Below are positions 1-8,479 of a stretch of DNA of 18,508 bases, one piece after another (position 1 is the first letter of the stretch; each line of letters starts with the position of its first letter). Location: positions 1 through 18,508 of the IMG/VR virus record IMGVR_UViG_2660238511_000004. The stretch is one strand, 5' to 3'. The notes beneath the pieces were generated by a model that saw nothing but the letters and a program-made list of their open reading frames with translations, was not told the origin of the DNA and did no database searches. The stretch is from a virus. Its lineage: Duplodnaviria; Heunggongvirae; Uroviricota; Caudoviricetes. Position numbers and translations under genes: made by a program.

Positions 1-64
1 CAGAAGTGATCACCACCCTGTCTACAGAGCCAGATGTGAAGGATGATGAGTAAAATTATCGCTA

Positions 65-502
65 TCATCGAAGGCATTGCGTCCTGATGTACTCCTGCAG
101 GTAGTTAACCTGCGCGGTTATCCTGTCGATTCCACTTCGGAGACGGTAATAATTGAGTTCAGCATCTGCTGTAAGTCTTGGGCTTTCTCCATCGCCCATG
201 CTGCTGGCTCCGGTCGTTGACTTTGCACAGGTGGCGGCGACTTGCAGGCGTTTACGACCAGCAGAAACATCAGCACGGAGACTTTCGATAGTCGCGTTAG
301 CATCAGCAAGCTCCTTTGTGTATCTGGCGTCAAGTTCTGCTACATCATGTTGCCGCTTCTGCATATCAGCGATGATGGATGTGGCTTTATCGCGCTGCTC
401 TTTGTAGGCGATTGCATTATCACGGTAATGATTAACAGCCCATGACAGGCAGACGATGATGCAAATAACCAGAGCGGAGATAATTGCGGTGACTCTGCTC
501 AT
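65..502 (-). CDS. Rz: Spanin inner-membrane subunit Rz (i-spanin)
   Basis: 145 aa product with an N-terminal TM segment, near-collinear with recalled lambda Rz ([31 protein letters not shown]...). Sits immediately downstream of R in the S-R-Rz order. Confidence 0.92.
   Translation of the reverse strand: MSRVTAIISALVICIIVCLSWAVNHYRDNAIAYKEQRDKATSIIADMQKRQHDVAELDARYTKELADANATIESLRADVSAGRKRLQVAATCAKSTTGASSMGDGESPRLTADAELNYYRLRSGIDRITAQVNYLQEYIRTQCLR
118..303 (-). CDS. Rz1: Spanin outer-membrane lipoprotein subunit Rz1 (o-spanin), embedded in Rz in the +1 frame
   Basis: ORF 118..333 lies wholly inside Rz in another frame. Internal Met gives [20 protein letters not shown], a lipobox-type signal (LVVNAC), followed by a Pro-rich segment as in lambda Rz1. 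The start at 303 is inferred. Confidence 0.78.
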   Translation of the reverse strand: MLTRLSKVSVLMFLLVVNACKSPPPVQSQRPEPAAWAMEKAQDLQQMLNSIITVSEVESTG

Positions 503-975
503 ACATCAATCTCTCTGACCGTTCCGCCTGCTTCTTTAAATTTTGTAATCAGGCTGTCAGCCTTATGCTCGAACTGACCATAACCAGCGCCCGGCAGTGA
601 AGCCCAGATATTGCTGCAACGGTCAATTGCCTGACGAATATCACCGCGATCAATCATCGGTAAAGCGCCACGTTCTTTAATCTGTTGCAGTGCCACGGCG
701 TCCTGGCTTTTCGGAGAGAAGTCTTTCAGGCCAAGCTGCTTACGATAGGCATCCCACCAACGGGAAAGAAGCTGGTAACGTCCGGCTGCTGTTGATTCGA
801 GTTTTGGGTTTAGCGTGACAAGTTTGCGAGGGTGATCGGAGTAATCAGTGAATAGCTCTCCGCCAACAATGACGTCATAACCATGATTTCTGGTTTTCTG
901 ACGTCCGTTATCAGTCCCCTCTGACCACGCCAGCATATCGAGGAACGCCTTACGTTGATTATTGATTTCCACCAT
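499..975 (-). CDS. R: Endolysin R (lytic transglycosylase)
   Basis: 158 aa product essentially identical to recalled lambda R ([39 protein letters not shown]...). 4-bp overlap with Rz. Confidence 0.95.
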   Translation of the reverse strand: MVEINNQRKAFLDMLAWSEGTDNGRQKTRNHGYDVIVGGELFTDYSDHPRKLVTLNPKLESTAAGRYQLLSRWWDAYRKQLGLKDFSPKSQDAVALQQIKERGALPMIDRGDIRQAIDRCSNIWASLPGAGYGQFEHKADSLITKFKEAGGTVREIDV

Positions 976-1282
976 CTTCTACTCCGGCTTTTTTAGCAGC
1001 GAAGCGTTTGATAAGCGAACCAATCGAGTCAGTACCGATGTAGCCGATGAACACGCTCGTTATATAAGCGAGATTGCTACTTAGTCCGGCGAAGTCGAGA
1101 AGGTCACGAATGAACCAGGCGATAATGGCGCACATCGTTGCGTCGATTACTGTTTTTGTAAACGCACCGCCATTATATCTGCCGCGAAGGTACGCCATTG
1201 CAAACGCAAGGATTGCCCCGATGCCTTGTTCCTTTGCCGCGAGAATGGCGGCTAACAGGTCATGTTTTTCTGGCATCTTCAT
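959..1282 (-). CDS. S: Holin S (class I holin with MKM dual-start motif)
   Basis: 107 aa product near-identical to recalled lambda S107 ([34 protein letters not shown]...). Met1 and Met3 give the S107/S105 dual start. Upstream sdi-like hairpin CCCCTTATTGGGGG is present on the coding strand. Confidence 0.95.
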   Translation of the reverse strand: MKMPEKHDLLAAILAAKEQGIGAILAFAMAYLRGRYNGGAFTKTVIDATMCAIIAWFIRDLLDFAGLSSNLAYITSVFIGYIGTDSIGSLIKRFAAKKAGVEDGGNQ

Positions 1283-1524
1283 GTCTTACCCCCAATAAGG
1301 GGATTTGCTCTATTTAATTAGGAATAAGGTCGATTACTGATAGAACAAATCCAGGCTACTGTGTTTAGTAATCAGATTTGTTCGTGACCGATATGCACGG
1401 GCAAAGCGGCAGGAGGTTGTTAGCGCAACCTCATGCCACCCGCTTTCACGAAGGTCATGTGTAGAAGTCCGCAGCATAACTATCACTGATGAATCTAGGA
1501 TAGCCAGTGGCTACGGCTCAGTTA

Positions 1525-1600
1525 TGGTGCTGGTTAACGGACTTGAACCGCTACCCATTCGCTTACAAGGCGACTGCTCTACCATTGGAGCTAAACCAGC
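1525..1600 (-). tRNA. tRNA-Thr (anticodon UGU), phage-encoded
   Basis: Hand-folded cloverleaf on the minus strand: acceptor stem GCTGGTT/AACCAGC (7 bp), D arm GCTC/GAGC, anticodon loop CUUGUAA (U33, anticodon UGU, A37), T arm AGCGG-TTCAAGT-CCGTT, discriminator A, encoded CCA. One G-A mismatch at the base of the anticodon stem. Confidence 0.6.
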
Positions 1601-1605
1601 ATGTT

Positions 1606-1680
1606 TGGCGGGACAGCGTGGACTCGAACCACGATAAGAAGGTTAACAGCCTTCCGTAATGACCTTTATACGACTGACCC
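1606..1680 (-). tRNA. tRNA-Asn-like (anticodon GUU), possibly degenerate
   Basis: Minus-strand cloverleaf: anticodon stem GAAGG/CCTTC, loop CUGUUAA (anticodon GUU), T arm CGTGG-TTCGAGT-CCACG, encoded CCA. One mismatch in the acceptor stem (4-68 T-T) and one in the D stem, so function is uncertain. Confidence 0.5.
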
Positions 1681-1725
1681 AAATAAAAAAGCCACCGTTG
1701 CAACTTAAGAGTCACTAACGGCAGC
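1681..1725 (-). terminator. Candidate tR'-like intrinsic terminator or attenuator immediately downstream of Q
   Basis: Minus strand reads GCUGCCGUU-(17 nt loop)-AACGGUGGC followed by UUUUUUAUUU. The 9-bp stem includes two G-U pairs and the loop is long, so strength is uncertain. Confidence 0.3.
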
Positions 1726-1742
1726 TTACCTTCTAATTATGG

Positions 1743-2261
1743 CTAAATGGCTAATTGCATGTCAAGGCTTTTAACAGCAACATGCTTAACTTTCTCAACA
1801 CGTTTACGCATTTTGAAAGCATTTTGCATTGGCTGGTATAAAACAAATAATGACGCTTTCAGGATGTCGTCAATTTCGTTTCTACAGGTTGCCAGTGAAG
1901 GTTTTCTCCATCCCTCGCCACCACGTCCACACATCTTGCGTGGCTTTGCAGTCGCGTGATAGTAGGATGCAATTGCTCGCTTAGATGAACCATGAGCGTA
2001 GTAGCTGAGGAGGATGCCAAAGGCTTTCTTGTCAATGTACATGACGGAATCGACGACCTGAGAAATCAACATTCCATCATCATCATTGCACATTGGCCTT
2101 GTCATAACTCTTCCCGGCTCTACGCTCTCCATGAACTTCGCTATTACGCTGCTCATGCGCTTTTCCAGACGACCTGAATAAACCCATGCGCCCCACAGTT
2201 CAAGCCAGCCATTCAGCCACTCATGCTGTTCTTTGGTGAGGTTTAGTTCTCTTATGCCCAC
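1743..2261 (-). CDS. Late-gene antiterminator Q-like protein (not lambda Q type)
   Basis: 172 aa ORF in the Q position, between the nin genes and the tRNA/lysis cassette. Sequence does not resemble lambda Q; it recalls the Phage_antitermQ family ([12 protein letters not shown] motif near the N-terminus; C-x(10)-C pair). Assignment rests on position plus family recollection. Confidence 0.55.
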   Translation of the reverse strand: MGIRELNLTKEQHEWLNGWLELWGAWVYSGRLEKRMSSVIAKFMESVEPGRVMTRPMCNDDDGMLISQVVDSVMYIDKKAFGILLSYYAHGSSKRAIASYYHATAKPRKMCGRGGEGWRKPSLATCRNEIDDILKASLFVLYQPMQNAFKMRKRVEKVKHVAVKSLDMQLAI

Positions 2262-2923
2262 GCGCCTTCTCCCTGTACCTGAATCAATGTGAGATTTCCG
2301 CAGAACACTGCGCCGGTATCGATATACATCTGGTTGGAAAACTTGAGTGGTTTCACTGCTGGCGTATGACCAAAGATGAACGTGTCCGCGCCTTTGATTT
2401 CTTTCACGATCCCGTCTTGTGAGTTGCTGATTCGTTCGCGGTTCCAGATTACCTGCTGATGATCAACTGGCTTTCCAAACTCGTATTTATCACAAGGATA
2501 ATCGGCGTGGCAGATGACATATTTTTTACCTTTGCTCACCAGTTCGATGATTAACGGAAGTTCACCTGCTTTATGGGCAAGAGCTTTAGCCAGAATTTCT
2601 TTGTCGTAATCGAGATTAAAGAACCAGCCACCGCCATTAAGCAGCCAGTGATTGACGTTTCCACGCTCTGATAAGCCATCAATCATCATTTGCTCATGGT
2701 TTCCACGTACAGCTCTGAACCAGGGGAATGTGATTAATTCCAGGCATTCGACGTTCTCTGTACCGCGATCAACCAAATCGCCAACCGAGATAAGCAGGTC
2801 TTTTTTGGTGTCGAATCCTATCGTCTCCAGTTTTTTCATCAGGTTCGTGTAGCATCCGTGCAGATCGCCAACTACCCAAATATTTCGGTATTTGCTGCCA
2901 TCAATTCTTTCGTAATAGCGCAT
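2252..2923 (-). CDS. ninI: Serine/threonine protein phosphatase (lambda NinI / ORF221-like)
   Basis: Near-identical to recalled lambda phosphatase from [25 protein letters not shown], with GDLVDRG and GNHE metallophosphatase motifs. Start set at the internal Met (2923), which has GGAG about 9 nt upstream; the track ORF extends to 2998. Confidence 0.9.
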   Translation of the reverse strand: MRYYERIDGSKYRNIWVVGDLHGCYTNLMKKLETIGFDTKKDLLISVGDLVDRGTENVECLELITFPWFRAVRGNHEQMMIDGLSERGNVNHWLLNGGGWFFNLDYDKEILAKALAHKAGELPLIIELVSKGKKYVICHADYPCDKYEFGKPVDHQQVIWNRERISNSQDGIVKEIKGADTFIFGHTPAVKPLKFSNQMYIDTGAVFCGNLTLIQVQGEGAWA

Positions 2924-3107
2924 CTCTTTCACTCCATCCGCGATGAACCATGAGAACGTCGTTGACGATGGCGTGCATTTTCCCGTCTTTATCATCAACG
3001 TATTTTCTGACCGTACCGCGACTACATTTCAGTCTGCGTGCTACTTCTGTCTGGTTTCCGTATGCTTCAACGAGCATGTCTGGAATGGTTTTTACTGAGA
3101 ACGTCAT
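2901..3107 (-). CDS. ninH: NinH
   Basis: 68 aa product matching recalled lambda NinH ([37 protein letters not shown]...), a Fis-like HTH protein. Confidence 0.9.
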
Positions 3108-3715
3108 GCGGCCTCACTTCTGCTGTTTCGCAGGTCTTTGAGTTTCTGCTGATACTCCGCCTTGATGGCCCTGCACTCTTCGACAGTCCAGCGATGGCGG
3201 TTATGGTTTGATTCGATTTCGTCTACTGCTTCCTGCCCGATGCGGCTAATCAGTTCGACGCGATACGGAACGAGATTTCCGCTTTTGTGCTGGTTGCACA
3301 CCACGCATTGCTTGTGAATATTGCGTTCATCAAATCGGAGTTGAGGCGCCGCAGCAGTTGTCCGGTAATGCCCGGCATCCCACTGAGCAGACGTGAGCGT
3401 TCCGCACGAGATACATGGTAAGTCGCGGTCTCTTTCTCTGATGAAGGCGTTTACGGCTTGTTGGGCTTGTTTAATCCAGTAACTGCGGGGCTTTAAGGCG
3501 AGTTTTCGAATCTTAAGTTTATCTTTCTGTTTCTGCTCCTCTCGTCGTCGTTTCTTCTCTGCTGCCTTTTCCGCTTTTTCGCGTTCTTTGCTTCGTCGTT
3601 CGAGTGCTATCTTGGTTCCACACTCTGGAGAGCACCACCACTGATTGGCGAATGCAGGGTGAAACCATTCCCGACATTCATCGTTTTTACATCGTCTTCG
3701 CGCTGGTTTAGCCAT
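3104..3715 (-). CDS. ninG: NinG (Rap recombination endonuclease)
   Basis: 203 aa product matching recalled lambda NinG/Rap ([33 protein letters not shown]...). 4-bp overlap with ninH. Confidence 0.92.
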
Positions 3716-3878
3716 CGTCTTCTTCCTCGTGCATCGAGCTATTCGGATCGCTCATCAGTTCTGCGCAGCAGTGCTCACACACGTGAACTTCCAGCACATG
3801 CAGCTTCTGACCGCAGTTAGCACACGTTAAAGCTCGCTCGACGCTTTCTTGTTCGTAACTTCGATTTTGGTCAATCAC
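3708..3878 (-). CDS. ninF: NinF
   Basis: Hand-translated 56 aa ORF, absent from the track because under 60 aa: (V)[58 protein letters not shown] start with AAGG upstream; overlaps ninE stop and ninG start. Confidence 0.72.
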
Positions 3879-4057
3879 CTTGTTTTCCTCGCACGTTCTC
3901 TAAGCCACCGGATATCCCACAGGTGAGCCGTGTAATTGAAGGTTTTTACGTCAGATTCTTTTGGGATTGGCTTGCGTTTATTTCTGGAGCGTTTCGTTGG
4001 AAGGTATTTGCAGTTTTCGCAGATGATGTCGGTGATACTTCGTCGCTGTCGTCTCAT
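3875..4057 (-). CDS. ninE: NinE
   Basis: Internal Met of track ORF 3875..4147 gives the 60 aa product [60 protein letters not shown], matching recalled lambda NinE. Confidence 0.85.
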   Translation of the reverse strand: MRRQRRSITDIICENCKYLPTKRSRNKRKPIPKESDVKTFNYTAHLWDIRWLRERARKTR

Positions 4058-4581
4058 GCCGCCCTCCTGACGCCCTGCCCGATCGCCATCAATGCCGCTT
4101 TGGATACGGTAGTAAACATCCGTCGAGGACTGATGAACGGTCGCCAAATCAGCAGCATGGAGCCTTTGCTGTTTCCCTTCTTCTCCAACCCTGTCGATGG
4201 TTCGATAAAATTAATCCGTCCATCAGTGATAATGCGAACTTCGTCGACACTCTCCAGAGCCTTGCTGAACCATCCGACTGATATATCCTCTGGCACAAGC
4301 ATAACTACCGTCTGTCGCTGTTGTATGCACTGCTCAGCGGCTTTTTCCACCCACGGCCTGATATTGCTGTACGGTGGGTTATTCCAGATTGCACCGTGGC
4401 TTACCCACTCAGAATTGAGCGCGTCGTCGGCCTAAGTTAGCCAGTGAGCACACAGAGCATTTTTGTCGCTCGCTGCCGAATCCAGCCAGAATCCAAACTC
4501 AATATCCAGTGCATCAAAAAGCCAAAGCGGCGTTTGCCAGCAGTCCTTGTCGTGTGCTGGCGTATTTGATTTGATAGTCAT
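4054..4581 (-). pseudogene. Phage Dam-type DNA N6-adenine methyltransferase interrupted by an in-frame amber (TAG) codon at 4432-4434
   Basis: Track ORFs 4432..4641 (N-terminal part) and 4054..4350 (C-terminal part) are in the same frame, separated only by TAG. The joined product reads ...DKNALCAHWLT*ADDALNSEWVSHGAIWNNPPYSNIRPWVEKA... and contains the NPPY catalytic motif. Likely start is the ATG at 4581, forming an ATGA overlap with the ninB stop. Confidence 0.7.
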
Positions 4582-5018
4582 GCAGCCCGATCTCCCCATC
4601 TCGCTTTCCACTCCAGAGCCAGTCTCGCTTCGTCTGACCACTTAACGCCACGCTCTGTACCGAATGCCTGTATAAGCTCTAATAGCTCCGCAAATTCGCT
4701 TACACGCATCCTGCTGGTTGACTGGCCTATTACCACAAAGCCATTCCCGGCAAGGTTAGGAACAACGTCCTGCTGCTTTAATGCTGCTGTAAAAACGCAC
4801 TTCCAGCTTTCTGCATCCAGCCAGCGACCATGCCATTCAACCTGACGAGAGACGTCACCAAGGCAAGCCCAAAGCTTTCGATTCTGGTCTAAGCTGCGGT
4901 TGCGTTCCTGAATGGTTACTACGATTGGTTTGATTGGGTCTGGAAGAATTTGCTGGATAGCTTGAATGGCGTTCTGCTGATGAATTGGGCTTCTTAGTTC
5001 AAACGTTCGTTTCCTCAT
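4578..5018 (-). CDS. ninB: NinB (recombination protein, ORF146-like)
   Basis: 146 aa product closely matching recalled lambda NinB (…HQQNAIQAIQQILPDPIKPIVVTIQERNRSLDQNRKLWACLGDVSRQVEWHGRW…). GAAGGTGAGC lies ahead of the ATG. Confidence 0.93.
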   Translation of the reverse strand: MRKRTFELRSPIHQQNAIQAIQQILPDPIKPIVVTIQERNRSLDQNRKLWACLGDVSRQVEWHGRWLDAESWKCVFTAALKQQDVVPNLAGNGFVVIGQSTSRMRVSEFAELLELIQAFGTERGVKWSDEARLALEWKARWGDRAA

Positions 5019-5253
5019 GGCTCACCTTCTGCACGCATGGATTAATTAACGCCAAAATAGCTTCTGGTTTCTCAATAACATCGAACCGCTCACCACTTGC
5101 CATTCTTACAATCGTAAATCCGGCATCAAATAGGGTTTCGATGTTGTCAGAATTAACGTACAAGGGCTCATATGCACTTCTGGTGCTTTCTATCGCGCTT
5201 GTGCTTGGTGGCTGATAGATGCTGCATCGCATGGTTAATTTGATAAATGACAT
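4999..5253 (-). CDS. Hypothetical protein (84 aa)
   Basis: ORF with AAGGAG 8 nt upstream of the ATG; tightly packed (4-bp gap to the upstream gene, 20-bp overlap with ninB). No recognisable motifs. Confidence 0.5.
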   Translation of the reverse strand: MSFIKLTMRCSIYQPPSTSAIESTRSAYEPLYVNSDNIETLFDAGFTIVRMASGERFDVIEKPEAILALINPCVQKVSHEETNV

Positions 5254-5257
5254 ATAC

Positions 5258-5566
5258 TCACTCCTTCACTTTGATTCCAGCGGCGCGGATAGCCTCTACA
5301 TCGCTTTCGTATTGCGATTCTGCACCTGAGTCATAGCCAATGTGATAATCACCGGGAAGTGGGCCTTTCTTTGGCTTTTGCAGCTCAATCTCGATAGCTG
5401 CTCGCGATGCCTGCCATAAAGTCCACCACTCATTTAAGGAGTGACGAATATCCATGCTTGAAAATGCGAAGTACCTATCACCATTTCTTGCCTCGGTTAT
5501 CATCTCGAATGGTAATCTCAATTTTTTGGCAACGTATTCCTCAAACTGCTTTCTTGATTCGCCCAT
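5258..5566 (-). CDS. Hypothetical protein (102 aa)
   Basis: ORF with GGGGA upstream of the start; same orientation and packing as its neighbours. No recognisable catalytic motif. Confidence 0.5.
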   Translation of the reverse strand: MGESRKQFEEYVAKKLRLPFEMITEARNGDRYFAFSSMDIRHSLNEWWTLWQASRAAIEIELQKPKKGPLPGDYHIGYDSGAESQYESDVEAIRAAGIKVKE

Positions 5567-5577
5567 ATCAATCCCCG

Positions 5578-5778
5578 TTATGACAGGTTAATTTTCACCC
5601 AACCCTTCCCACGCACATTTGCAACAAGCCCTTTCTTTCTCAGGTATTGCATACGGCGATCGATGGTTTCGATATACATTCCATTGCTCCGCCATTTAAG
5701 CCAGATATCAAAAACAGGTGTTGGTCTTTCACTCAGCATTGAAAGAATGTTTTGATCTAATTTTTCGTACTTGCTCAC
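5578..5778 (-). CDS. Hypothetical small protein (66 aa), basic, possibly DNA-binding
   Basis: ORF overlapping the upstream gene by 4 bp (translational coupling). Basic C-terminal half (RRMQYLRKKGLVANVRGKGW) looks winged-helix-like. Confidence 0.45.
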   Translation of the reverse strand: MSKYEKLDQNILSMLSERPTPVFDIWLKWRSNGMYIETIDRRMQYLRKKGLVANVRGKGWVKINLS

Positions 5779-6101
5779 AAATACCCTCTCTCACTTAATC
5801 GCGCCCACGCTTCGTTAAACTCTTCTCTAGTTGCGCCGGATTTTCTTTCTTCGAACATCATGCATTCGCTGATGTCTCCCCATGACTTTGGTCGCTTTTC
5901 AGCGAACAGATCATCCCATTCGAATACCCAGCGGCCTGATTTTCGGTAGTGGTAAATGGTCAGCCATGTTGTGCTGTTCGCTGGATACCCATAGAGAACT
6001 TCGACTTTTTGATCACGGTCTTTATGCTTTTTCAGCAGGATAAAGCCAGCAACCAGCGAAGCTCCGGCAAGAATGATGATTGGAATTTGCCAGTCAGCCA
6101 C
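5775..6101 (-). CDS. Hypothetical membrane-anchored protein (108 aa; one N-terminal TM helix)
   Basis: GTG start preceded by GGGAGAGGGAAG. N-terminal hydrophobic segment IPIIILAGASLVAGFILL followed by KKHKDRD (positive-inside). Directly downstream of the helicase terminator. Confidence 0.5.
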   Translation of the reverse strand: MADWQIPIIILAGASLVAGFILLKKHKDRDQKVEVLYGYPANSTTWLTIYHYRKSGRWVFEWDDLFAEKRPKSWGDISECMMFEERKSGATREEFNEAWARLSERGYL

Positions 6102-6111
6102 ACTTCCCTCT

Positions 6112-6147
6112 CCCCCAAATAAAAAGGCCTGCGATTACCAGCAGGCC
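6112..6147 (-). terminator. Rho-independent terminator downstream of the helicase gene
   Basis: Minus strand: GGCCUGC-(8 nt loop)-GCAGGCC, a perfect 7-bp GC-rich stem, followed by UUUUUAUUUGGGGG. Confidence 0.6.
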
Positions 6148-6176
6148 TGTTATTAGCTCAGTTATGTAGATGGTCA

Positions 6177-7613
6177 TCAGAATCCTCCTTTCTTCTTGGA
6201 CTGCGGTTCCTCGCGTTCACGGCGGCGCATTTCAGCAGACTGTTGGTCTGTGTCATAAATAGCGCCATTTGCCTGAATGCAATACACCGTGCCGGTATTG
6301 CCATGACGATTGAGACGAAGGATTAGTTCGGTTTCACCAGGTGGAACACTGTCATCAAAAGCACCTTCACGATGGATCCCCACCCAATAATCGCAATCCT
6401 GTTCAATCTGCCCTGTATCTCGTGAGTCACTTGGTAATGGGCGTTTATTGGTTCGGCTTTCCAGTGCGCGGTTAAGCTGTGTCAGAAGCACAACAACGCA
6501 ATCAAGCTCTTTGGCAAGGTTCTTCAGTCCTTTGGTGATCATGCCGTAAGCAAGGTCGTTGCGATCGGCCTTCTCAGCGGTCATTAGTGTCAGGTAATCG
6601 ACCAGAATCATGCCAACACATCCTTTTTCTCGCTTGATTCGACGGCTTTCGCTGACGATTTGAGCCAGAGATAATCCCGGCGTGTCGTCGATGTAAAGCA
6701 TGTCGATTTCACTCAAGCGATTAGCTGTTTCGATCGCCCTGTTGAAGTCACCATCGTAATCACCCTGATAGCCGTCATCAGCGTCATTTGTCGCCGGAAG
6801 GTAAAAAATATTCGGGTTAACACCTGACTTCTGTCCTACCAGTTTTTCCAGTATCTGGTCACCGGGCATTTCAAGGCTGAACATCAGAGCGGGCTTTTTC
6901 TCATGCACTGCGCAGTTGATTGCCATCTGGCTGTATAGCGTCGTTTTCCCCATCTTAGGGCGAGCGCCAATGACAAACAGAGAGCCTTTCACCAGACCTT
7001 TCGGTGACAGCATCCTGTCCAGCGATGGGATCCCTGTGCTCATTCCTCGTTGTTCGCCTGACGGGTCAAATCGCTTCTCAAGGTCGCTAACCCAGTCTTC
7101 CATGACCTCACCAAATGAGCGAAGGCCGCGACGCGATCCGGTTTTTGCATGGTCTGTCAGTTGCGTGAAAATCGACTGAATAGCTTCGTACTTCTGTGTT
7201 GCAGTCATTCCGTTGCGGGAATAGAGCAATTCCGTCGCTTCAGTCATGCGGTTGATGGCGTAGCGTTCCATTGCGGTTTCGCGAACCTGCATTGCATAAG
7301 CAACGATGTTTGCTGCGCTTGGCGTGTTCTTTGCGATCTCAGCGATATAAGCAAAACCGCCAACAGACGCCGTTAACGATTTACGCTCCAGTTCATCGAA
7401 AAGCGTCAGGCCATCTACTGGCTTTTGCTCACGGTGCATTCTGGTTATTTCTTCGAAAATGATTTTGTGTGGTCGGCTGTAAAATGAATCAGGCTTCAGC
7501 ATCGCCAGAACTTTCTGGACGCGCTCACTGCTGTCATCATCCAGAAGCAATCCACCAATCACCGCCTGCTCTGCCTCGATGCTATGGGGCGGCGCATAAA
7601 AATTATCGGTCAT
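6177..7613 (-). CDS. Replicative DNA helicase, DnaB family (P22 gene 12-like)
   Basis: DnaB-type N-terminal motif (HSIEAEQAVIGGLLLD), Walker A (GARPKMGKTT) and the overall DnaB architecture. Start set at the ATG with GAGGGTGAA upstream (7613); the track ORF begins 15 nt earlier at GTG. Overlaps the end of the O-like gene. Confidence 0.9.
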   Translation of the reverse strand: MTDNFYAPPHSIEAEQAVIGGLLLDDDSSERVQKVLAMLKPDSFYSRPHKIIFEEITRMHREQKPVDGLTLFDELERKSLTASVGGFAYIAEIAKNTPSAANIVAYAMQVRETAMERYAINRMTEATELLYSRNGMTATQKYEAIQSIFTQLTDHAKTGSRRGLRSFGEVMEDWVSDLEKRFDPSGEQRGMSTGIPSLDRMLSPKGLVKGSLFVIGARPKMGKTTLYSQMAINCAVHEKKPALMFSLEMPGDQILEKLVGQKSGVNPNIFYLPATNDADDGYQGDYDGDFNRAIETANRLSEIDMLYIDDTPGLSLAQIVSESRRIKREKGCVGMILVDYLTLMTAEKADRNDLAYGMITKGLKNLAKELDCVVVLLTQLNRALESRTNKRPLPSDSRDTGQIEQDCDYWVGIHREGAFDDSVPPGETELILRLNRHGNTGTVYCIQANGAIYDTDQQSAEMRRREREEPQSKKKGGF

Positions 7614-8430
7614 CGTGTTCACCCTCACGAACTTTCAGGTAGGTATTATCGTTAAGCAGGAAATCAAATCCCTTTTTGTGCCAGACGGTTCCGCGTTGAT
7701 GGTTTGGGCGCTCTTCGAACATCCATCGGCAATTTTCGCCAACGTAGCTCAAATAATTTCTCCAGTCCTGCATCGTGAACCCATGCCCGTCAAGCTGGCG
7801 GGTTATCACTCCGGCTTTGCGCCAGAACGTTCGGATCTGGTTTTTACGCTTGTCATTCAGTGCGCGGATTCTTGGCGCTTCAGGAAGGATTTCGTGGTAA
7901 GCATCGACAACATCCTGACAGCTAACGGAAGGTTTTTTCTTGTCAGACTTTTTGTCTGCTGTGGCACTCTCTAATACGTCAGTATTAGAGATATTATTTA
8001 TATTATTGTTTATGGACAACCGTTGGACAGCCGTTGGACAATCTCCGCTGAGAGCCGCGCCATTACTGGTGTTTGCGTTGGACAAACGTTGGACAACCGT
8101 TGGACAATTTTTTGCCTGAAAATCGTCATATTTAACGATTGTAAACAGGCTAAATTTCTTCCCCATCGAGCAAATATTAAGCATCCCTTTCGACTCAAAA
8201 GTCCGTAATAAGCTCCGAACTTTGTTGTCGGGGATGAATGTTTCTCTGACCAGAGACGGGCGTCCAGTTATCATCTGACCGCGATCAACAGTTATCGGAC
8301 CGATATCCGTATTGACGACAGTAGATTCGTGATTAGCCTTGAGGATTAAGTGAAGCCAAAGATGTACTGCCTGAGAGTCCTTATAGAGCCTGCTGTCCAT
8401 AAACTGGCGGTGTATAGAGACATACCCCAT
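7603..8430 (-). CDS. Replication initiator protein (lambda O / P22 gp18 analogue) containing the origin
   Basis: Lies between cII and the helicase and contains the iteron array and AT-rich tract in its linker (protein repeats CPTVVQRLSN, CPTAVQRLS, then INNNINNISN). Start set at Met22 (8430), which has AGGAGG 8 nt upstream; the track ORF starts at 8493. Confidence 0.8.
   Translation of the reverse strand: MGYVSIHRQFMDSRLYKDSQAVHLWLHLILKANHESTVVNTDIGPITVDRGQMITGRPSLVRETFIPDNKVRSLLRTFESKGMLNICSMGKKFSLFTIVKYDDFQAKNCPTVVQRLSNANTSNGAALSGDCPTAVQRLSINNNINNISNTDVLESATADKKSDKKKPSVSCQDVVDAYHEILPEAPRIRALNDKRKNQIRTFWRKAGVITRQLDGHGFTMQDWRNYLSYVGENCRWMFEERPNHQRGTVWHKKGFDFLLNDNTYLKVREGEHDDR
7983..8106. repeat. 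Phage replication origin: five direct iterons (GTTGGACA core) plus an adjacent AT-rich tract, inside the O-like gene
   Basis: GTTGGACA at 8022-8029, 8033-8040, 8077-8084, 8088-8095 and 8099-8106, with a partial copy at 8013-8019. AT-rich tract ATTAGAGATATTATTTATATTATTGTTTATGG at about 7985-8016. This is the lambda-like ori layout. Confidence 0.75.
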
Positions 8431-8479
8431 ACTGGATGCCTCCTGATATTGTACAGGGTTATGCCTGTAATCAGCTAAC

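Noticed and set aside
1-52. 3' end of a plus-strand ORF (…EVITTLSTEPDVKDDE*) convergent with Rz
   Set aside because: Only 17 codons fall in the window and the product does not match lambda Bor as recalled, so it cannot be assigned from this fragment.
1440-1524. Possible third tRNA between the Thr tRNA and S
   Set aside because: No T-loop (GTTCRA-type) or acceptor/CCA arrangement could be folded; only a simple palindrome (TAGCCACTGGCTA) is present.
1283-1742. Looked for toxin or other cargo genes (for example stx) between Q and S, a common cargo site
   Set aside because: The interval holds only the tRNA-like genes and hairpins; no protein-coding ORF of meaningful length on either strand.
3923-4435. 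Plus-strand 170 aa ORF overlapping ninE and the Dam gene
   Set aside because: Antisense to two genes with clear homology; Ser-rich low-complexity product with no translation signals.
7615-8208. Plus-strand ORFs 7615..7974 and 8023..8208 and minus ORF 8010..8198 overlapping the O-like gene
   Set aside because: They are antisense or alternate-frame readings across the iteron and AT-rich origin DNA inside a well-supported initiator gene; no RBS and no coherent product.
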